From Haplodiscus bocki (lineage: Eukaryota): a stretch of DNA of 64,000 bases. Position 1 is the stretch's first letter; the number at the start of each line of letters is the position of its first letter. The translations under genes were made by a program, and so were the position numbers. The stretch spans positions 148,924,001-148,988,000 of the forward strand of contig OZ296649.1 in assembly GCA_965655095.1 (NCBI GenBank), written 5' to 3'. Of the stretch, positions 62,801 through 64,000 are shown one piece after another. The notes under the pieces are model-generated. The model had not been told where the DNA came from and did no database searches. It saw only the letters and a program-made list of their open reading frames with translations.

Positions 62801-64000
62801 AAGAAGAGGTTTGAATTTCGTTGTTCGAAGGCTGAAAGAACACAGGAGTTGAAAAATGCAGAGAGTGGTAACTATGAAAAATTAGAGAGTCGGTTGACTA
62901 TTTTGTACTTTTCAGTAAAATACCGATATGGAAAGTGTTCAAAAATTAGAGAGACCAGTTATTTGAACGAAATCTAGTAACGTAGCAAACAAATGAACGG
63001 TTGAAGAGAAATGACTTCAATTTTCAAATAACTGAAAATTAGAATCTTTAAATGTTCAGAAGCAGCAAGAGAGATTTTTGTTGTTCGTCAAGTATCAACA
63101 AGAAATATTTTGTTGTTTGTTAAATAGCAGCAAGAGAGCTTCTGTTGTTTGTCAATTAGTAGCAAGAGAGCTTTTGTTGATTTTAAGTACCAGCTGAATG
63201 AGTCGAAGATCAGCAATGAATGAAGAGAAGAAATTATTCAGTTAAACTATTTTGCAGTGGAAAATGTAATGATTGGTTGAGGACTTCGTATCATGGAATT
63301 TGTTGGCTAGCAGCGAGTTTGACTTGGGAGGTAAACTAACGTTCTAGAAAGTTGTTTTGAATTCCGAAGCGTAAATTGGTTTAAAAATGTCGAGGATCGA
63401 GTTCAAAGAGTATCTATCGAAATCAACAAAATTCGTACCGGTGCAATCCCAATGCTCGGTTGGTAACTCCGTCAAAAAACGATCTGATTGGTAGGCGAGT
63501 TTCACAAGAGAGATAAATGTATGTTCTACGAAACTGTTTGGATTTTTGAATAGTTTATTAGTCTTTCAAAAGGTCGGAGAACGATTTCAAAAAATCTACC
63601 GAATTGAAAAATTAATTCGTTTTGACATGCGGTGTGGTTTTGAATAGACAGAGGGATTATTTGGAAGGATAATATTTCTGAAAAGCAGAGCCTGCTTAAA
63701 CTGATTTGAGCTATTTTTATCAGGAGTGAAAATATATTTTAGATGGAGGTATATGAGTGCCGTAGTCTTTGAAATGTTGTCGTCGAAGACGGCAAGTTGT
63801 TCGGGATTGAGATAATACGGAAGATTGGGAAGATGTGGCGCCTAGTGGAGGCACTGTTGGTGTTATGTTATCAGTTTGATTGGTATTTGCTTGATCATTC
63901 AGCGTAGTGGGCGGTTGTTGAGAATTATCAAAGATTAATGTAGACGAAGTGTCGTCCTCGGGGAAGTTATCGAGGTGTGGTGCCTGTCAGTTAAAAAGAA
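56900..64000. repeat. Divergent subfamily block (tail of copy 20, copies 21-22)
   Basis: Many private substitutions and indels: gagagagaatgtgaggg, tttatcaggagtg, ccaacgctgtagc, ggaccttgaat, cagggagtcctatc. The left boundary is approximate. Confidence 0.8.
61594..61941 (-). pseudogene. 115-codon Env-like N-terminal frame with the longer signal region (TTG at the start position), copy 22
   Basis: LKIVILQLFLALQFPHILSLLNDEPLED... carries 4 extra residues (HILS) that are absent from copies 1-19. Confidence 0.5.

Larger units (their letters stand above)
1..64000. repeat. Tandem array (macrosatellite) of a ~2.95-kb retroelement-derived monomer, ~21.8 copies, open at both window ends
   Basis: The marker at position 1 (gtttagtcttagtattgta, or a variant) recurs at 2961, 5918, 8876, 11833, 14776, 17734, 20680, 23634, 26584, 29534, 32480, 35430, 38380, 41329, 44280, 47234, 50180, 53002, 55817, 58656 and 61599. 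Periods are 2943-2960 bp, or 2815-2839 bp for copies 18-20, which carry deletions. The ORF track repeats with the same period. Confidence 0.99.

Noticed and set aside
1-64000. rDNA, 5S, histone or tRNA tandem gene cluster, phage/plasmid concatemer, or autonomous tandem retrotransposon
   Set aside because: I recognised no rRNA, tRNA, histone, Rep, RT (YxDD), RNase H or DDE motifs. The copies differ by structured, shared variants, unlike a sequencing concatemer.

Overview
The whole window is one uninterrupted head-to-tail tandem array (macrosatellite) of a ~2.95-kb monomer: 21 complete copies plus a partial 22nd, running off both ends. The sequence is AT-rich and looks eukaryotic. Each monomer appears to be an internal segment of an envelope-bearing Ty3/Gypsy-like LTR retroelement, encoded on the minus strand. 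In order it holds: (1) the integrase C-terminal tail (NVKY(Q/E)..HRNHLIPFYP...RRLRRQPVKDY...stop); (2) a short degenerate accessory ORF; (3) a 4 x ~32-bp minisatellite; (4) a ~324-codon accessory ORF, open in copies 1-3; (5) the first ~200 codons of a signal-peptide-bearing, Cys-patterned Env-like glycoprotein. The Env fragment is fused directly back onto the integrase tail of the next copy. I could not recognise gag, protease, RT, RNase H, an integrase core, an LTR or host genes. The copies form subfamilies: near-identical blocks on the left and centre, and divergent copies with more ancestral-looking states on the right. They also show a 5.9-kb two-monomer duplication, gene-conversion-like patchwork and microhomology-flanked deletions. 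Protein family calls come from motif recognition by eye and need HMM confirmation.
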